Assembly (NCBI GenBank): GCA_963726715.1
Contig: CAVSDF010000010.1
Location: 682,212 to 746,211, forward strand
Direction: 5' to 3'
Length of the DNA: 64,000 nucleotides
Origin: Rhodothermales bacterium
GTDB lineage: Bacteria; Bacteroidota; Rhodothermia; Rhodothermales; BA12
The notes below the pieces were generated by a model. That model saw nothing but the letters and a program-made list of their open reading frames with translations. It was not told where the DNA came from and searched no databases. The translations under genes were made by a program, and so were the position numbers. Shown here piece by piece: positions 61,049 to 64,000 of this stretch (position 1 is the stretch's first letter; each line of letters begins with the position of its first letter).

Positions 61049-61672
61049 TCACCGCCCCGCCGCCAGCACGCCGACGTTGTAGAGGCTGTGCGTGGCCGCC
61101 CAGGCATCCGGATCGGAGAGGCGGAGCCAGCGCGCGAACTGCGACGGCGTCCAGAAATTGATGTGCTCGGGGTCGGGCGAGACGCCCATCGCCATCCCCA
61201 TCGCCAGAAGCGTGCGGAAGACCGGCTCGCGCGGGACGGTCACGACGACGCCGACGCGGGCCACGCGCCGCAGTTCGGCGAGGGCGCGGTCGGGCGCGGC
61301 GAGGTGTTCGAGCACCTCGGTGCAGACGACGACATCGACGGAGGCGTCCTCGAACGGAAGCGCGTCGAGGCTCGCCACGCCGTACGCGACAGACGAGCGG
61401 CTGCGCGCGGCCGCGAACGCGATGGCCGCCGGATCGACATCGACGGCGCGGATCGAGACGCCGGGCATCCGCGCCGCGAGCGCCTCGGCGACGAACCCTT
61501 CGCCGCAGCCCGCATCGAGCACCGACGAGGGATCGAAGGCCGCCACGCGCCGGGCGATGAGATCGAAGAAGCGCCGCTGATGAGTGCGCGAGACGAGGCC
61601 GCGGCGCGCGTACTTGGCGAGGTTCGGCGAGTCGTGCGCCGCGGCCTCTCCACCCGAAACCGACGCGCTCAC
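61049..61672 (-). CDS. class I SAM-dependent methyltransferase
   Basis: VLDAGCGEGF (motif I) and VVVCTEVLEHL. The GTG start at 61672 overlaps the stop of the upstream L,D-transpeptidase (GTGA). Confidence 0.8.
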   Translation of the reverse strand: MSASVSGGEAAAHDSPNLAKYARRGLVSRTHQRRFFDLIARRVAAFDPSSVLDAGCGEGFVAEALAARMPGVSIRAVDVDPAAIAFAAARSRSSVAYGVASLDALPFEDASVDVVVCTEVLEHLAAPDRALAELRRVARVGVVVTVPREPVFRTLLAMGMAMGVSPDPEHINFWTPSQFARWLRLSDPDAWAATHSLYNVGVLAAGR

Positions 61673-62463
61673 GGGTCGATGACGACGGGCGTGCCGACGG
61701 TCACGTAGCCCCACATCGCGTCCATGTGCGCGTCGCGGACGGCCACGCAGCCCTGCGTCCAGTTGACGCCGGCGCCCGTTCCGCTGCCGTGGATCTCGAT
61801 CATCCCGCCCATCGCCGTGTTCATCGGCGGCTCGGTGAAGGTGCGCTCGGCCTCGGCGATGGCCTCGTAGTCGCGCGCCGAGATGAGGCCGCGGTCGAGG
61901 GCGCGGCGGGCGTGGACGGTCGAGGGATAGCTGAGCACGAAGGCGCGGTAGAACTGCGAGCGCGGGTGCAGGCGGGCGACGTAGAAGACGCCCTCGGGCG
62001 TGCGCCAGTGGTCGGGGTCGGCCATCGAGCCGCGCTGCTCCTTGTCGGACGTCATGTTGTAGCCAAAATCGGCGGGGACGCTCACGCGGGACGTTGTGCC
62101 CTCATAAAGGGTGATCGTACGGCGGCTTTTGGAGACGTAGATCCAGACGTTCGAGAGCGGCGCGCCGCGCAGGAATCCCTCGCGCCCATCGTCGGTGCGG
62201 ACGTGCGTCCAGCCACCCTCCTGCCCGATCCGGTGGAGCGAGGCGCGGCGGACGAGGCGGGCGATCGGGCGGAGAGAGTCGGCGGTGCGGAAGAGCGTCG
62301 CCTCGTCGGCCGAGAGGTAGTAGAGGTCGGCGTCGGGGTCGGCGGCGAGCAGGCGGCGCACGGGCGCATCGCCGTCGGCGGCCTGCGCAGACGCGGGGCG
62401 CGGCGCGGCGGCGGACGCGGCGAGGACGGTCAGGAGAGCGGCGAGGCGAAACAGGCGCGGCAT
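61669..62463 (-). CDS. L,D-transpeptidase (YkuD-fold) with N-terminal SH3-like domain
   Basis: Intact 264-aa ORF with a signal peptide (MPRLFRLAALLTVLAASAAAPRPASA). The catalytic region is IEIHGSGTGAGVNWTQGCVAV (H..GC). Confidence 0.8.
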   Translation of the reverse strand: MPRLFRLAALLTVLAASAAAPRPASAQAADGDAPVRRLLAADPDADLYYLSADEATLFRTADSLRPIARLVRRASLHRIGQEGGWTHVRTDDGREGFLRGAPLSNVWIYVSKSRRTITLYEGTTSRVSVPADFGYNMTSDKEQRGSMADPDHWRTPEGVFYVARLHPRSQFYRAFVLSYPSTVHARRALDRGLISARDYEAIAEAERTFTEPPMNTAMGGMIEIHGSGTGAGVNWTQGCVAVRDAHMDAMWGYVTVGTPVVIDP

Positions 62464-62811
62464 CGGGGCAGGCGGATCGGGCGCGGAAAACAGCGCGGTG
62501 CAGGCGCGGAGGGTGTCGGCGAGACACGTCCGTTACAACGCCACGGAGTCAAGGTTCGTGCCGGGAGTGCGGTGGGACTCGGCGGAGGGCGGACGTTTGG
62601 AGGACACGCTGCCAGGGTGCGGAGGCCGCAGAGATGCTGCGTGCTCCGCTGCGGCGGGTCGCACCTCCGGTGGCAGCACGAGGCGGGAGCGGGGCCGCGG
62701 GGCCGTGGACCAGGCGACGCCCCGGCGATCGCTCCTGATGCGCAGGGCTGTGTCGTGCCACCACAAGGCCTTGTCCCACCCAACGAGGCGCGAGGCGGCG
62801 GTTCGCCTGCC

Positions 62812-63401
62812 TCAGCGGATGGTGGCCTGACCCGTGATGCGCGTCATCGTGTAGGTGTCGAGGCGCTCGTCGGCGGAGAGGTTCTCGCCCTCGAACTGCT
62901 CCGTCGGACTGGTGAAGCGGACGTGGCCCGGCGCCGTGACGCGGCGCGCGGCTTCGTCCCAGATCACGCGCTCGGCGCTCAGCGTCTTTCCCCGCTCGCC
63001 TCGATCCGCACGCCCCCGTCGGCGACGAAGCGCCGCCGCGATTCGAGGTAGGCGACGCGCGGCGCGGTGAGCGTGGCGAGCGGCTGCCCGGCCTCGTCGA
63101 AGAGTTGGACGGTGACGAGCGGCGCGCCCGTGTCCGCCGGACCGTCTCCCGCCCTGCCCGTCCCGGCGCCGGTGAGGAGCGTGTAGGTGCTGTCGCCCTC
63201 GTAGGCGGCAAGGTGCGCGGCCTCGATGCGCGCGCGCGTGCGCCCGCCTTCCTGCACGGCAAAGCGCACGTTCCACGCCTCCCGCACGGGCGGCTTCTCG
63301 GTGGACACAGACGACGCCTCCCGCTCGGTCGCACGGGAGCACGCGGTTAGCCCGGTGAGGGCCGCAGCGGCGAACAGGACGAGACAGGCGCAGCGGAGCA
63401 T
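62812..63401 (-). pseudogene. lptC: LptC-like LPS export periplasmic lipoprotein, frame-disrupted
   Basis: ATG at 63401 (MLRCACLVLFAAAALTGLTAC lipobox) in ORF 62979..63431. The C-terminus (GKTLSAERVIWDEAARRVTAPGHVRFTSPTEQFEGENLSADERLDTYTMTRITG) is in the frame of ORF 62812..63993. The junction is at about 62984-62995. Length 590 nt is 2 mod 3. The family call comes from the pattern of the C-terminal beta-jellyroll repeats. Confidence 0.55.
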
Positions 63402-63535
63402 CGGCGGCGTTGGGGACACAGCGACATCCACGCCCCACCCGGCGCCTCGGGTCCGGCTCCTCCGGTCCGGCAGACGCGCGCGCCCGAACGACGGCGCGCG
63501 CCGCGGGTATCGCCGTCATTCCCATCTCCGCCGCC

Positions 63536-64000
63536 GTGCCTCCTCCTTCCGATCCCAGCCCGTGGGCGCCCCGCCCGTCCGGCACACCCGCTCCCGATGC
63601 CGCGCCCGTCAGCCCGTGGGCGCCCCCCGCCGACGGCTCCGCTGCGCCCGCGCCCGAGACGTCCGCGCCCCGCGCATCCGCATCCCCCACGTCCTCGCCC
63701 GAGACGCCGACGGCCGGCGCGCCTGCATCGGAGACGCGGCGGCGGCGGTGGCCCCTCGTGGTGGCCCTGCTGATCGGCGTGCTCGGGATCGGCGTGACGA
63801 CGGTGTGGGAGGGGCTGCGGGCGATGATTCCGCGCATCACCGAGGAAGACGTGCGCGTCGCCGTCACGACAACGGTCGAGCGCGAGGCGCCCGCGTCGTT
63901 CCTCGTCACCGGCACCCTCGACGCCACCGCGACGGCGCGCGTCGCCAACCGGCAGACGTTCCTGCCCGGCCTCCTCGACCTCGACCTCGGCACGTCGGAG
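63536..64000 (+). CDS. hypothetical membrane-anchored protein with a Pro/Ala/Ser-rich N-terminus (3' end runs off the window)
   Basis: My own translation from GTG 63536 stays open to 64000 (155 codons); it is not in the ORF track. After a low-complexity region comes RRRRWPLVVALLIGVLGIGVTTVW (TM), then ..EEDVRVAVTTTVEREAPASFLVTGTLDATATARV... The family is unknown. Confidence 0.4.
   Translation, partial: MPPPSDPSPWAPRPSGTPAPDAAPVSPWAPPADGSAAPAPETSAPRASASPTSSPETPTAGAPASETRRRRWPLVVALLIGVLGIGVTTVWEGLRAMIPRITEEDVRVAVTTTVEREAPASFLVTGTLDATATARVANRQTFLPGLLDLDLGTSE

Overview
The window is a very GC-rich bacterial chromosomal segment (about 70% GC by eye, not computed). It is gene-dense, mostly housekeeping and envelope genes, and LptC-like, LpxH-like, ExbB/ExbD and PBP1A genes point to a diderm organism. 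Genes I recognise include recQ, nadK, tRNA-Phe(GAA), der, tpiA, rnd, a purine nucleoside phosphorylase, Ppx/GppA, S9, M28 and M23 peptidases, a type III PKS, an FAD-oxidoreductase plus polyferredoxin pair, and an MFS transporter. A signalling-rich block at about 19.2-34.2 kb holds an RsbQ-like hydrolase, a PAS kinase, a CheY-like regulator, two large cytoplasmic hybrid kinases and a membrane SpoIIE/PP2C phosphatase. I found no CRISPR array, rRNA, transposase, integrase or phage module. Four observations stand out. (1) About 20 genes need one or more 1-nt frame corrections to give their expected protein, including roughly 8 corrections in tpiA. The sites cluster in some stretches and are absent from about 20.1-37.3 kb and 40.0-49.2 kb. 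Catalytic motifs are intact after correction, so I favour assembly or basecalling indels over real decay, but I cannot prove it. (2) A roughly 77-bp direct repeat, a copy of the S9 peptidase 3' end, brackets the 6.7-kb two-hybrid-kinase cassette. (3) There are several intergenic repeat families: GTAG/CTAC-terminated palindromes, two MITE-like hairpin pairs, a roughly 170-bp structured element in two copies, and a recurrent CCTGWCAGG palindrome. (4) Small lower-GC islets carry orphan membrane-protein ORFs. Many long ORFs in the supplied track are GC-driven artefacts in wrong frames or on the opposite strand. All product calls rest on motif recognition by eye; no database search was possible.
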